In this document: positions 28,038 through 37,352 of the stretch, one piece after another | Position numbering within the stretch: position 1 is the stretch's first letter | Layout: each line of letters begins with the position of its first letter | Origin: Acidimicrobiia bacterium | GTDB taxonomy: Bacteria; Actinomycetota; Acidimicrobiia; Spongiisociales; ZC4RG35 | NCBI GenBank assembly: GCA_048595045.1 | Contig: JBMDXS010000214.1 | Location: forward strand, 9,831-73,830 | DNA length: 64,000 nucleotides | Direction of reading: 5' to 3' | Made by a program: the position numbers and the translations under genes | The notes under the pieces: model-generated | The model's database searches: none | What the model was told of the DNA's origin: nothing | Seen by the model: only the letters and a program-made list of their open reading frames with translations

Positions 28038-30530
28038 ATGTTCTACGTGACACTCCCCAGCCTCGATCGACCCACCATCGATAGACGTCGCCTCATCAGA
28101 CGGTCATTGGTGGTGTTTGGGCTCATGACTGCCGGCATCGCCGCCCCGGTACTCGACCTGTATGGCCGAAACCCGGCCGTCTTCGTCGCCAACCGAAGCA
28201 CGCCCACCCAAATCGTGATCTTTGCGTTGCTGGTCACCTTCGTGCCACCTCTTCTCGCCGTGCTGATCCTGACGGTCACGGAGAGGTTGGGGGGACGGGC
28301 CGCGGACATCGCCTACCTGACCCTCGTCGGGATCGCCTCCACCGCCACGGGGATGGCGATCAGCCGCCAGGTGGTGCCGGAGAGCACCGTCTGGGCGCTG
28401 ACCCTCGGTCTGGGCTTCGCTCTGTTCGTCGTGCTGGTCTGCAGGCGCGTCGAGCAGGGGCTGGCCCTCTTCTCACTCCTCGGACCGGCCGTGCTCGTGA
28501 TGTTCTTCCTGATCTCTCCGACCTCGCGTCTGCTGGCCGAGCCCGAAGAGCCTGCCGCCGGCAACGACCACGTGGGCGAGCCTGCACCCATCGTCTTCAT
28601 CCAACTGGACGAGCTTCCTCTCGCCTCGTTGATGGGCGAGGACGGTCAGATCAACAGCAGCCTCTTCCCCAACTTCGCCCGCCTCGCCGAGGAGGGCAAC
28701 TGGTATCGGAACGCGCTCTCCAATTCCATCGCGACCACGAGCAGCGTCCCGGCGATGCTGACCGGGAGGCTGGGGGACCCCGATTCCAGCCCGGCACTGG
28801 TCGATCACCCCGAGAACCTGTTCACTCTGCTGGGCGAGGGCTACGACATGCACGTGGTGGAGTGGCTCACCGATCTCTGCCCGCAGGACCTGTGCAAGGA
28901 CTTCGCCGGGAGGGGCCCTGCCCGCTTCGGGAACCTCCTCGCCGACGTCGGCGTGGTATACGGGCACCTCTCCCTCCCCATCTCGGCCCGGGCCAACCTG
29001 CCCAGCATCGACGGCAGCTGGAAGGGGTTTCTCGGCCAGGCCGACACCCAAACCATCGCGCCGGTCGACGTGGATGGTCTTCAGGTCCCCAAGGCCGGCG
29101 TGCGAAGCGGTTGGATCGACTCGATGGAGCGGGTGATCGACGGGATCGAGGAGGGAGCGCCGCCGACCATCCATTTCGCCCACCTGGAGGCTCCTCACAT
29201 CCCTTGGCGCACCAACCCATCCGGGACCCACTACCAGCGCCCAGAGCAGTACGACGAAGTAGACGGTGTCGAGGTCGGTGGGACATGGGTCGACCGACCC
29301 GACCTGCCCCGTCTCGGCTTCCAGCGTCACCTCTACCAGCTCGGCTTCCTCGACGACCGGCTCGGTGCCCTGTTCCGGCGTCTCGAGGACACCGGGACCT
29401 GGGACGAAGCCCTGATCATCGTCGTGGCCGACCATGGGGCCTCATTCGTGCCCGGACAGCATCGGCGATGGCCCAAGGAGGACAACCGGGCCGATCTCTA
29501 TCGGGTGCCCCTGTTCGTGAAACTGCCCGGTCAGTCCACGGGGCAGGTCATCGATGAGCCGGCGTTCGGGATCGACATCGTGCCGACGATCGTCGACGTG
29601 CTCGACATCGAGACAGAATGGCAGTTCGACGGCCGGTCCCTACTGACGATCGAGGGGACCGACCGGGCCCACGAGACCATCTATTACTGCTGCAACGACG
29701 AGCCGGCAGGGACGGACATCGCAGAACTGTTCCGACAGGTGGAAAGGAACCACCAATGGGTGCCCGACCAGGGGAGCTGGACCGCCGTAGCAGGAGCGGG
29801 GCCCGCCGCGGGCCTGGTGGGTCGGGATGTGGACGAGCTCGACCCGGTCCAGAGCCCCGACCTGCGCTGGGCCCTCACCCAGGCCGATGACCTCGCAGAG
29901 GTCAACCGTGCCAGTGGCTGGGTGCCCACTTACATCTCGGGAAGGCTCGAGCTCCCCTTCGGCGTGGAATCCGACGATCTGCTGGTTGCGATGAATGGTG
30001 TAGTCGCCGGCACGGGCCTCGTGACCCGGGACAGCACGAGGTCCGGTGAGATCCACGCGATCGTGGCCGAGGACCTGGTGGCCGAGGGGGATAACTCCGT
30101 CCAGATCCTCGTGCCCGACGGGTCCGGCGGCTGGCTCAGTGGGTCGACAGCCGACCTCACCGTCGAGTACTTCACGGAAGAGGGGCGTCGACTGGAGATA
30201 CGGCCCGAGGGGAACCGGAGAATCGAGATCACCGGTGTCAAACAGACCGACTCAGGAGGGTGGCAGATAACCGGCTGGGCTGCCGACGTGTCCAACAAGG
30301 TCCCTGCGGACCGCATCTACGTCTACGCCGGCGATCTGCTCGTGGTGTCGAGTGAGCCGAACAAGGACAACGAGAACGTGACCCGTTGGTTCAAGAGCGA
30401 CGACCTCCTTCGCTCCGGGTTCACCTATGAGATCGAGCCAGGCTCGATCCCGGCCGGTCTGCAGCGGTTCACGGTCGTCGCCGAGTTCGGTGAGGTGGCC
30501 GTGGAGAGCCCGGCCACGATGACGGGCTAA
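28038..30530 (+). CDS. membrane-anchored sulfatase-like (alkaline-phosphatase superfamily) transferase/hydrolase with ~270-aa C-terminal extension
   Basis: About 5 N-terminal TM helices. The nucleophile region reads SIATTSSVPAMLTG, followed by HLEAPHIPW and IIVVADHGASF. The start is taken at ATG 28038 (the track ORF starts at GTG 27978). Confidence 0.75.
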   Translation: MFYVTLPSLDRPTIDRRRLIRRSLVVFGLMTAGIAAPVLDLYGRNPAVFVANRSTPTQIVIFALLVTFVPPLLAVLILTVTERLGGRAADIAYLTLVGIASTATGMAISRQVVPESTVWALTLGLGFALFVVLVCRRVEQGLALFSLLGPAVLVMFFLISPTSRLLAEPEEPAAGNDHVGEPAPIVFIQLDELPLASLMGEDGQINSSLFPNFARLAEEGNWYRNALSNSIATTSSVPAMLTGRLGDPDSSPALVDHPENLFTLLGEGYDMHVVEWLTDLCPQDLCKDFAGRGPARFGNLLADVGVVYGHLSLPISARANLPSIDGSWKGFLGQADTQTIAPVDVDGLQVPKAGVRSGWIDSMERVIDGIEEGAPPTIHFAHLEAPHIPWRTNPSGTHYQRPEQYDEVDGVEVGGTWVDRPDLPRLGFQRHLYQLGFLDDRLGALFRRLEDTGTWDEALIIVVADHGASFVPGQHRRWPKEDNRADLYRVPLFVKLPGQSTGQVIDEPAFGIDIVPTIVDVLDIETEWQFDGRSLLTIEGTDRAHETIYYCCNDEPAGTDIAELFRQVERNHQWVPDQGSWTAVAGAGPAAGLVGRDVDELDPVQSPDLRWALTQADDLAEVNRASGWVPTYISGRLELPFGVESDDLLVAMNGVVAGTGLVTRDSTRSGEIHAIVAEDLVAEGDNSVQILVPDGSGGWLSGSTADLTVEYFTEEGRRLEIRPEGNRRIEITGVKQTDSGGWQITGWAADVSNKVPADRIYVYAGDLLVVSSEPNKDNENVTRWFKSDDLLRSGFTYEIEPGSIPAGLQRFTVVAEFGEVAVESPATMTG

Positions 30531-31975
30531 CCGTTCCGACGCGGTTCCAGAGCGAACAACACCCTGGTTCCTTCGCCCAGCGATTGCTCGGCGATCGTGG
30601 CGAAGGGCCGATCGAGCAACGCACGGAAGTCACTCTCTTCACCTCCGGCGTGGAGCTCATGGGGGAGCTTGTTACCGACCAGCTTCACCACCATCTCGTC
30701 GGCCGGTGAGACGAACTCGACGAGCACCGGGCAGCCGAACGATGAGAGCCAGCGGACCACCTCCCGGGGTGGGATGCTCGCCCCGTAGATCAGATGGTGG
30801 ATCAGGCCGTAGGCGATGACCAGATCGGGGCGCGCCCTCTCCATCAGCGACGGCCGCTCCTGACCTGCCCAACCCTGAGATGGGGAGGGGTTGGCAAGGT
30901 CGGTGAGGGCGATGGCCAGCCCCGGCCCGGGCCGGCTGCGGTACAGGGCGTCGAGCACCGGCTCGTGGCTGTCGACGGCGATCGCCAATGCGCCCTTGGC
31001 CGCGGCGATGCGGCTGAAATGGCCGTCGTTGGCGCCCAGATCGACCACCCGGCGCGAACCAAGCCTGTCCAGAGCGGTCTCGAGAAACTCTCCTTTGGTG
31101 GCCCTGTCCCGGGTGACATGGCTGCACTCGACGTAGGTCGACCACCCCTGATCGGCCCCATCCCATTCCAGGGAGGCGACCAGCTTCTTCAGCTTCCTCA
31201 CGTTGGCCAGGATCAGGTCGGCGGTGAATCCTGCCTCACCGAGCTCGCGGCGCACGGAGCGGTCACTCATTCGTGACTCCATGCGCGCCTGGAGCCTCAC
31301 GTGGAGGAGAGCACTGGTGTTGAACCGCTTGCCGGCGGGGAGGAGCTTGGCCATCTGCTCCGCAGTTGGCCCTTCGAGATCACCGCGGAGCCATGGCTGG
31401 AAAGGAACCCCCGCCCAAGCTCGAAGCAGGAGCGGGAAAAGGAACTGGCGTGTGAATTGGCGGTACCCGATCCAGGGTTCTCCCGGCCGATACGCCTCGA
31501 ACGATCCCAGGTCGATGAACACAGGGCGCCCGTCGACGAACTGCACGTTGTAGGGCGTTGCGTCCTTGATGGTGAGCCCGGCTCCCAATGCGCCCTCGAG
31601 AAGGTCGAGCTGGAGCAAGGCGGCGTCGCGAAGCATCGAGAAGGTCCACTCGTAGGGATAGCTGATGAAATCGAGAAGGGGGTGGGTCAGGGCAGCGGCG
31701 CTTCCATCCGGGGGGTCCACTTCCACCGACTCGATCAGGCGCCCGTCGGCGACTGCCGTGCGGAAGAACTCCGTGGCGGAAAGAGCGCGCCACCCCTCGA
31801 GCCCACGGGCGTCGAGGAGCCGCAAGACCCTGTCGCCATCGATGACCACGCGGGAAGCGGGGTCGCGGAAAGACCCTGGATCGGGGATGGTCACGTCGGT
31901 TGGCCCAAACTCAGGACTCGACAGCTCAGGACTCGGCAGGCTGGGTGGCTTCCTCCTCCACCTCGCTGACATCAC
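30527..31975 (-). CDS. class I SAM-dependent methyltransferase with large N-terminal domain (NoeA-like architecture)
   Basis: The C-terminal half has VVDLGANDGHFS (SAM motif I). The N-terminal half has DPGSFRDPASRV, SYPYEWTF and KDATPYNVQF..G.PVFIDLGSF. The start is ambiguous: GTG/ATG at 31975/31972 with a nearby GGAG, or GTG 31894, which avoids a 50-nt overlap with the upstream micro-ORF. Confidence 0.75.
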   Translation of the reverse strand: MMSARWRRKPPSLPSPELSSPEFGPTDVTIPDPGSFRDPASRVVIDGDRVLRLLDARGLEGWRALSATEFFRTAVADGRLIESVEVDPPDGSAAALTHPLLDFISYPYEWTFSMLRDAALLQLDLLEGALGAGLTIKDATPYNVQFVDGRPVFIDLGSFEAYRPGEPWIGYRQFTRQFLFPLLLRAWAGVPFQPWLRGDLEGPTAEQMAKLLPAGKRFNTSALLHVRLQARMESRMSDRSVRRELGEAGFTADLILANVRKLKKLVASLEWDGADQGWSTYVECSHVTRDRATKGEFLETALDRLGSRRVVDLGANDGHFSRIAAAKGALAIAVDSHEPVLDALYRSRPGPGLAIALTDLANPSPSQGWAGQERPSLMERARPDLVIAYGLIHHLIYGASIPPREVVRWLSSFGCPVLVEFVSPADEMVVKLVGNKLPHELHAGGEESDFRALLDRPFATIAEQSLGEGTRVLFALEPRRNG

Positions 31976-32117
31976 CCGGCTCCGAAAGGGTCCCTGTCTT
32001 GTTGATCGCCCGTCGGGCCCGGTATGCCTTGAAGGCGACTCCGATGCCGGCCAGACCCCCGATGACCGCCTGAAGGATCATGCTGCCGGAGCCAGGGTCG
32101 AGATATCCAAAGATCAT
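31926..32117 (-). CDS. 63-aa single-pass membrane micro-protein
   Basis: The sequence is MIFGYLDPGSGSMILQAVIGGLAGIGVAFKAYRARR followed by an acidic tail. A GAGGAG lies 7 nt upstream of the ATG. It sits directly upstream of the methyltransferase on the same strand. Confidence 0.5.
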   Translation of the reverse strand: MIFGYLDPGSGSMILQAVIGGLAGIGVAFKAYRARRAINKTGTLSEPGDVSEVEEEATQPAES

Positions 32118-32228
32118 GCTTCTACTCCTCTGAGACGCACGCTGAGCCGTGCCGGCTCATTGTTGCCCGAATCGTGAGTCAAGCAAACCACCCGTTCATC
32201 TGGTGTTCACCCCGGGACACACAGGCGG

Positions 32229-33053
32229 TCATCCTGCGTATCGAAGTCGCGCCACGACCCGCCCCGTGGTGTCGAGCAGCAGCGCCATGTCGCCCCCGTT
32301 GTTCCAAACGGCGCTGTCTCCTGGGTCCCAGCAGGGATCTGTGCTCGCCACCGTCCGGTTCGCTCCGGGCTGGACCGAGAACCCGTCAGGGAGGAGGCAT
32401 CGATGCACCGAGGACTCATCGCGGATCGTCCACCCGCTCAAATCGACCCCCTCCTCGCTGGAGAGGGCGACCCATTCCTGGCTCAGCACCGCATCGTCGG
32501 GACCCTGGGGATCGAAGCTCGATGCAGAGCCGGCGATGTCCACCGATGGTGGCTGGCCAGATGCCCCGCACACCGTGTCGGACCACATCCCCAGCCCGGA
32601 TTCATAAGCCTGCTCCTCGGAGTCGAGGAGGGTCTCACCTCGGACGTCGCCCACCTCGGCAGCAGTGGCGATGGCAAGACCGCCCCCGACCTGGTCGAGA
32701 TTGACCAGGCGATCGCCGAGCCACAGATAGGCGAGGGTCCGGCCGAACTGGTCCTGCCCCATTTCCTCCAGGCCCACCTGCTCGCCTTCAACCAGCTCGA
32801 CCAGGTGCTGCTTCGACTCCCGGCCGTAGCACTCGTCGCTCTCCGGGGCGTTGATACCCATGAGCCGCACTTCGACTTCCCCTGATCGTGCCTCCACCAC
32901 CAGCGAGTCGCCATCGTGGACCCGGATCACCATCCCGGTGGTGACTTCCCCGGGTAGTGCGCCTGGTGTATCCGACCCGGCCTCGGACTCGTTGGCCGCC
33001 CGACACCCGGCTACGAGCAGGCTGATGAGCAGCCAGCGCCCGATGCGGGTCAT
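32229..33053 (-). CDS. secreted lipoprotein: staphylococcal-nuclease (SNase/thermonuclease) domain + lamin-tail domain (LTD)
   Basis: Trimmed to MTRIGRWLLISLLVAGC (lipobox). The SNase core reads VHDGDSLVV...VRLMGINAPE....YG...LV......GRTLAYLW. The C-terminus reads EWVALSSEEGVDLSGWTIRDES...WNNGGDMALLLD..G.VV (LTD-like). Confidence 0.8.
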   Translation of the reverse strand: MTRIGRWLLISLLVAGCRAANESEAGSDTPGALPGEVTTGMVIRVHDGDSLVVEARSGEVEVRLMGINAPESDECYGRESKQHLVELVEGEQVGLEEMGQDQFGRTLAYLWLGDRLVNLDQVGGGLAIATAAEVGDVRGETLLDSEEQAYESGLGMWSDTVCGASGQPPSVDIAGSASSFDPQGPDDAVLSQEWVALSSEEGVDLSGWTIRDESSVHRCLLPDGFSVQPGANRTVASTDPCWDPGDSAVWNNGGDMALLLDTTGRVVARLRYAG

Positions 33054-33439
33054 GAGCCCCGATATCGCTTGAGCTCTTCCCTCTCCTGTCGCTGCCGTCG
33101 TCTCTGGCGGCGATAGCTGACCCCGATCAGCTCGGTGATCAGGACCACGGCTCCGACCGTGATCAGGATCACGATGGCCAGTGGGAACTGGCCGTCCATC
33201 CACATGAATCTGACCGGCACCGGGTCGGTGTTCTGCACGGCGAAGACGACGACGATGGCGATGCCGAGCATGAGGAGGATCGCTCCCCAGGCGACACCGG
33301 TCGATTCGCCCCGCCGCTTGTCAGTTCCCGCCTGTCCTTCCGGCCTCACCTCTCCTTCGGGCCCCACCGGTTCCGCCCGGGCAGGCACCTCGCCATCGGG
33401 CTCGTAGGGGAATGGATCCGTACGATCGTCGGTCACCAT
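33050..33439 (-). CDS. LapA-domain (DUF1049) small membrane protein
   Basis: 129 aa with two TM helices flanking VQNTDPVPVRFMW, then a basic RRQRRRQRQ tail. Its stop overlaps the nuclease start (ATGA at 33050-33053). Confidence 0.65.
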   Translation of the reverse strand: MVTDDRTDPFPYEPDGEVPARAEPVGPEGEVRPEGQAGTDKRRGESTGVAWGAILLMLGIAIVVVFAVQNTDPVPVRFMWMDGQFPLAIVILITVGAVVLITELIGVSYRRQRRRQRQEREELKRYRGS

Positions 33440-34833
33440 GCGTCCTCTCTTTGGCCGATCCTATGTGGCGCCGATTCGACCTGAGCCGGAGTCCGTAGAT
33501 CCGCCCGGTTCTGCCGGCCCTGGTCTATATCGACTGACCGGAAGAGCAACCCTCCTGCGATGAAGAAGAGTGCGATGGAGAGGATGGCGAGGCGGGCGGA
33601 CCCGGTCGACTGCCGCACGAAGGCAAAGGCGAACGGCCCCCAGATCGAGCTGAACTTGGAGAAGACCGAGTAGAAGCCGTAGAACTCGGCCGACTGGTCC
33701 TCGGGGATCATCGAGCCATAGAGGCTCCGGGAGAGGGCCTGGGTTCCGCCCAGCACGAACCCGATGACCACCGCCAGGGCCAGGAATGGAGCGGCCTGCC
33801 CGACGGGCAGGAAGAACGCAGCCAGGGTCACGGCAGACCACACCGCGATGCTGGCGAGGAGGGCCCGTCTTGCCCCGATCCGCACGGCGAGCCGGCCGAA
33901 TCCCATCGCCCCGAAGAAGGCGACAAATTGAACCAGGAGCACTCCCCCGACGACGATGGTGATGCGGAGGTCGAGGGTCTCGGTGGCGTACACAGCGGCC
34001 AGGGCGATCGTGGTCTGGACCCCATCGTTGAACAACATGAAGGCGATGATGAACACCAGCAGCGGGCGGTTTCGAGCCACCTTGCGCAGCGTGGCGAGTG
34101 TCCGACCGAATCCGAATCTCGCATACGCCCACCACGTCGGCGTGGCAGCACCGGACAGGGCCTGGGAACTACCCACTCTGGGCAGGCGACGGAAGGAGAT
34201 GATGCCGAACACCAGCCACCAGATCCCGGCGGAGCCGATCGCGATCCGGGTGGCGAGGGCGGTGTCGATCGGTATGGGGCCGTCGCTCAGTTGGATCAGG
34301 GCCAGGGATAGGAGGAGGTGCAGCCCTCCGCCCAGGTAACCCCATGCGAATCCCCTGGAGCTGACCATGTCGATGGTGTCGTCGGTGGTCAGGTCGGGCA
34401 GGTATGCGTCGTAGAAGACATTGGCTCCGACGAAGCCCAGGTGGGCGAGGAGGAACAGCCCGAGGGAGAGCAGCACGTCCCCGCTCGTGCTGAAGAAGAG
34501 CAAGGATGCGAGCAATGCGCCCCAGGTCGCGAAAACCGTGAGGAACCGCTTCTTCGATGCCGAGAAGTCGGCGATCGCCCCCAGCACCGGCGTGAGCAGG
34601 AACATGATCAGCGGACCGACCCCTACCGCGAGGGCCCACAGGTCCTGGCCGGTCCAGTTCCGTCCGAACAGATCCACCCCGCCGTCTCCGACCACCTCCG
34701 CGGCGAAGTAAGCGGGGAGGACGGCGGCCAGGATGGTCGTGGCGTAGGCGGAGTTGGCCCAGTCGTAGGTGATCCAGGCCCGGATGGCGTCCGGGTCGTT
34801 CTCGTGCCCGACTGAGGTCATCCTTGGGGCCAC
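33433..34833 (-). CDS. MFS transporter, UMF1/Atg22-like (second paralogue)
   Basis: 466 aa with the signature WITYDWANSAYATTI and about 12 TM helices. Confidence 0.8.
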   Translation of the reverse strand: MAPRMTSVGHENDPDAIRAWITYDWANSAYATTILAAVLPAYFAAEVVGDGGVDLFGRNWTGQDLWALAVGVGPLIMFLLTPVLGAIADFSASKKRFLTVFATWGALLASLLFFSTSGDVLLSLGLFLLAHLGFVGANVFYDAYLPDLTTDDTIDMVSSRGFAWGYLGGGLHLLLSLALIQLSDGPIPIDTALATRIAIGSAGIWWLVFGIISFRRLPRVGSSQALSGAATPTWWAYARFGFGRTLATLRKVARNRPLLVFIIAFMLFNDGVQTTIALAAVYATETLDLRITIVVGGVLLVQFVAFFGAMGFGRLAVRIGARRALLASIAVWSAVTLAAFFLPVGQAAPFLALAVVIGFVLGGTQALSRSLYGSMIPEDQSAEFYGFYSVFSKFSSIWGPFAFAFVRQSTGSARLAILSIALFFIAGGLLFRSVDIDQGRQNRADLRTPAQVESAPHRIGQREDAW

Positions 34834-34865
34834 GTTGCCGCAAGCTAGGCCTAGCGTGGCGCCGG

Positions 34866-36068
34866 ATGCGCCGCTTCCTGGTCCCGTTCCTGTTGCTGAT
34901 CACTGCGTGCTCGACGGAAACCGACTCGGCTCCTGATCCAGACGTGTCGACGGCAGCTCCTGTGACCACGGTGGTCACGACGATCCCGAGCACCACCGCC
35001 TCCACCTCACTGGCTACGACGTCCACGACAGCCCCTCCGACGACAACCACATCCACTCTCGGGCCGGACCAGACCGTCCTGGCCTATCAGGTGGTGGCCG
35101 ATCTCGACTTCCCGGTCCAGCTCACGGCCCGGCCGGGGGAGGGGCACGGCTACGTGATCACCAAGGACGGCGTCGTGTGGCTGTTCGACGGGGCCGCGGT
35201 CGCGGCAGAACCTGTCCTCGACATCGGCGAAAGGGTGCTCGACCAAGGCGAGCAGGGCTTGCTCTCGATCGCATTGCATCCGACCGATCAGGGACGGCTC
35301 TACCTGCATTACTCGAATCCGTCAGGCGACACGGTGGTGTCCGAGTTCACGCTCTCCTCGCCGAGCCAGGCCGACCCGGGGAGCGAGAGGGTCCTGCTCC
35401 AGGTGGACCAGCCGGCGGCGAACCACAACGGCGGGATGATCCAGTTCGCCCCCGACGGTGCCCTGCTCCTGGCGCTGGGTGACGGGGGTGGCGCCAACGA
35501 CCGGTTCGGCAACGGGCAGAACCCCGACACTCTGCTCGGCGGCCTGGTCACGATGAGTGTCGAGGGAGATCCTCAGCCTGCCAAGTACGCCATGGGCCTG
35601 CGCAACCCCTGGCGCTTCTGGATCGACGGGGAGACGATCTACGTCGCCGACGTGGGGCAGGGCGCCATCGAGGAGGTGTCGGTGACGCCCCTCCAGCCCG
35701 GACTCAACTACGGCTGGCCTCTATTCGAGGGCCTGCAGTGTTTCAACTGTTCCACCGGCGACGAGGAAGGGCTGGTTGCGCCCGTGCTGGAAGTGCAGCA
35801 CGGCGACGCCGGCACCTGTTCTATCACCGGGGGCATCGTCTACCGCGGTGCCGCATTCCCCCAGCTGACCGGTCACTACTTCTACTCCGACTACTGCGGC
35901 GGATACCTGCGGAGCTTCCTGTTCAGTGGCGGGGCGGCAACCGACCCGCGCGACTGGTCGGCACAGGTGGGCATCGCCGGGCAGGTGACCGGGTTCGGGA
36001 CGGACGGTGCGGGCGAGATGTACGTCACCACCACCGGGCAGTTGCTCGCGGTGGTGGCTGGGGGCTGA
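34866..36068 (+). CDS. PQQ-dependent sugar (glucose/sorbosone) dehydrogenase family lipoprotein
   Basis: The start is at MRRFLVPFLLLITAC (lipobox), followed by a Thr-rich linker and then QGLLSIALHP, ANHNGGMIQFAPDG, GLRNPWRFW and YGWP motifs. Confidence 0.85.
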   Translation: MRRFLVPFLLLITACSTETDSAPDPDVSTAAPVTTVVTTIPSTTASTSLATTSTTAPPTTTTSTLGPDQTVLAYQVVADLDFPVQLTARPGEGHGYVITKDGVVWLFDGAAVAAEPVLDIGERVLDQGEQGLLSIALHPTDQGRLYLHYSNPSGDTVVSEFTLSSPSQADPGSERVLLQVDQPAANHNGGMIQFAPDGALLLALGDGGGANDRFGNGQNPDTLLGGLVTMSVEGDPQPAKYAMGLRNPWRFWIDGETIYVADVGQGAIEEVSVTPLQPGLNYGWPLFEGLQCFNCSTGDEEGLVAPVLEVQHGDAGTCSITGGIVYRGAAFPQLTGHYFYSDYCGGYLRSFLFSGGAATDPRDWSAQVGIAGQVTGFGTDGAGEMYVTTTGQLLAVVAGG

Positions 36069-36092
36069 CTGGCCGCCGATATTCTGCGTGCG

Positions 36093-36515
36093 ATGGCCAC
36101 GCTCTTCACCCGGATCATCGATGGTGAGATCCCTGGCACGTTCGTGTGGCGGGACGACCAATGTGTCGCCTTCCTCTCCATCAACCCTCTTCGGGAGGGC
36201 CACACTCTGGTCGTGCCCAGGCAGGAGGTCGACCACTGGATCGACTGCCCCCCGGGGCTGGCCAACCACCTCTTCACGGTCTCCCGCCAGATAGGGACGG
36301 CTCTCCTAAGTGCCTTTCGTCCCACCCGGGTCGGGCTCATGATCGCCGGTCTCGAAGTGCCCCACCTCCACATCCATCTCGTGCCCATGGATGGGGTCCA
36401 CGATCTCGACTTCGCCAATGCTGCGAGCTCGGTCGAGTCCGATGACCTCGACTCTGCCGCAGCGAAGATCCGGTCCGAGCTGCGCACGATGGGTCTTTCG
36501 GGAGTCGCCGAATAG
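36093..36515 (+). CDS. HIT (histidine triad) family protein
   Basis: 140 aa with MATLFTRIIDGEIP, EGHTLVVP and the triad HLHIHLVP. Confidence 0.85.
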   Translation: MATLFTRIIDGEIPGTFVWRDDQCVAFLSINPLREGHTLVVPRQEVDHWIDCPPGLANHLFTVSRQIGTALLSAFRPTRVGLMIAGLEVPHLHIHLVPMDGVHDLDFANAASSVESDDLDSAAAKIRSELRTMGLSGVAE

Positions 36516-37346
36516 GTGGAGGTGGTGCTCGGGGGCATCAGCTCCCTTCTCTACGGTGTCGCCGACTTCCTCGGCGGTGAGGGCGCCAAACGCGCCCCGG
36601 CCGCCGCCATCGTGCTCTGGGCCGGTGTGCTCAGCTTCCCGCTCATCCTGGTCGTGGCCCTCTCCGTTGGCGGCGACGCCCGGGTATCCGACTATCTCCT
36701 CGGTGGGTTGGCGGGGATCTCCGGCGCCCTGGGTCTGGTGTCTCTCTTCGCCGGCCTGGGGCGAGGCCGGGCCGCGGCGGTGGCACCGACCGCGGCCGCA
36801 GTGGCTGCAATCCTCCCGGTGATGGTCGCGGTGATCAGAGGTGAGCGCCCGTCGCTTCTCGCCTGGGTGGGAGTAATGGTGGCCATCCCGGCCATAGTGC
36901 TCAGCGCCTGGGTGGCCGATTCCGGCGAGAGCCTCAAGGGGAGCGTTGGTTACGGGCTGACCGCCGGGCTCGGCTTTGGTGGCTTCACCGCGATCATCGG
37001 TCTCACCGATCCAGATTCGAATCTGCTCCCCCTCATCACTTCTCGCGCCTCGACGATGCTGGCCGTCGTGATGCTCACTGCCTTCGGCGTCTGGAGACTG
37101 GTCGGATTCGGCTCGTCCCCGCGTCTGCTGGTGGCAGGGAACGCGGTCCTCGACGTGAGCGGGAACGTCGCCTTGCTCCTGGCGGTCCGGTCCGGCTCTC
37201 TGGCCCTCGCCGCCGTCGCCGCCTCCTTCTACCCCGCTGTCACCGTCCTCCTCGCCCGGCTGGTCAACGGGGAGCATCTTCGGGCCCGACAGATCGCGGG
37301 AATCGCCCTGACCGTCCTCGCCATGTCCGCCATCGCCCTGAGCTGA
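36516..37346 (+). CDS. EamA/DMT-type membrane transporter
   Basis: 276 aa with about 9-10 hydrophobic helices. The GTG start is immediately after the HIT stop. Confidence 0.7.
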   Translation: MEVVLGGISSLLYGVADFLGGEGAKRAPAAAIVLWAGVLSFPLILVVALSVGGDARVSDYLLGGLAGISGALGLVSLFAGLGRGRAAAVAPTAAAVAAILPVMVAVIRGERPSLLAWVGVMVAIPAIVLSAWVADSGESLKGSVGYGLTAGLGFGGFTAIIGLTDPDSNLLPLITSRASTMLAVVMLTAFGVWRLVGFGSSPRLLVAGNAVLDVSGNVALLLAVRSGSLALAAVAASFYPAVTVLLARLVNGEHLRARQIAGIALTVLAMSAIALS

Positions 37347-37352
37347 CCTTTC

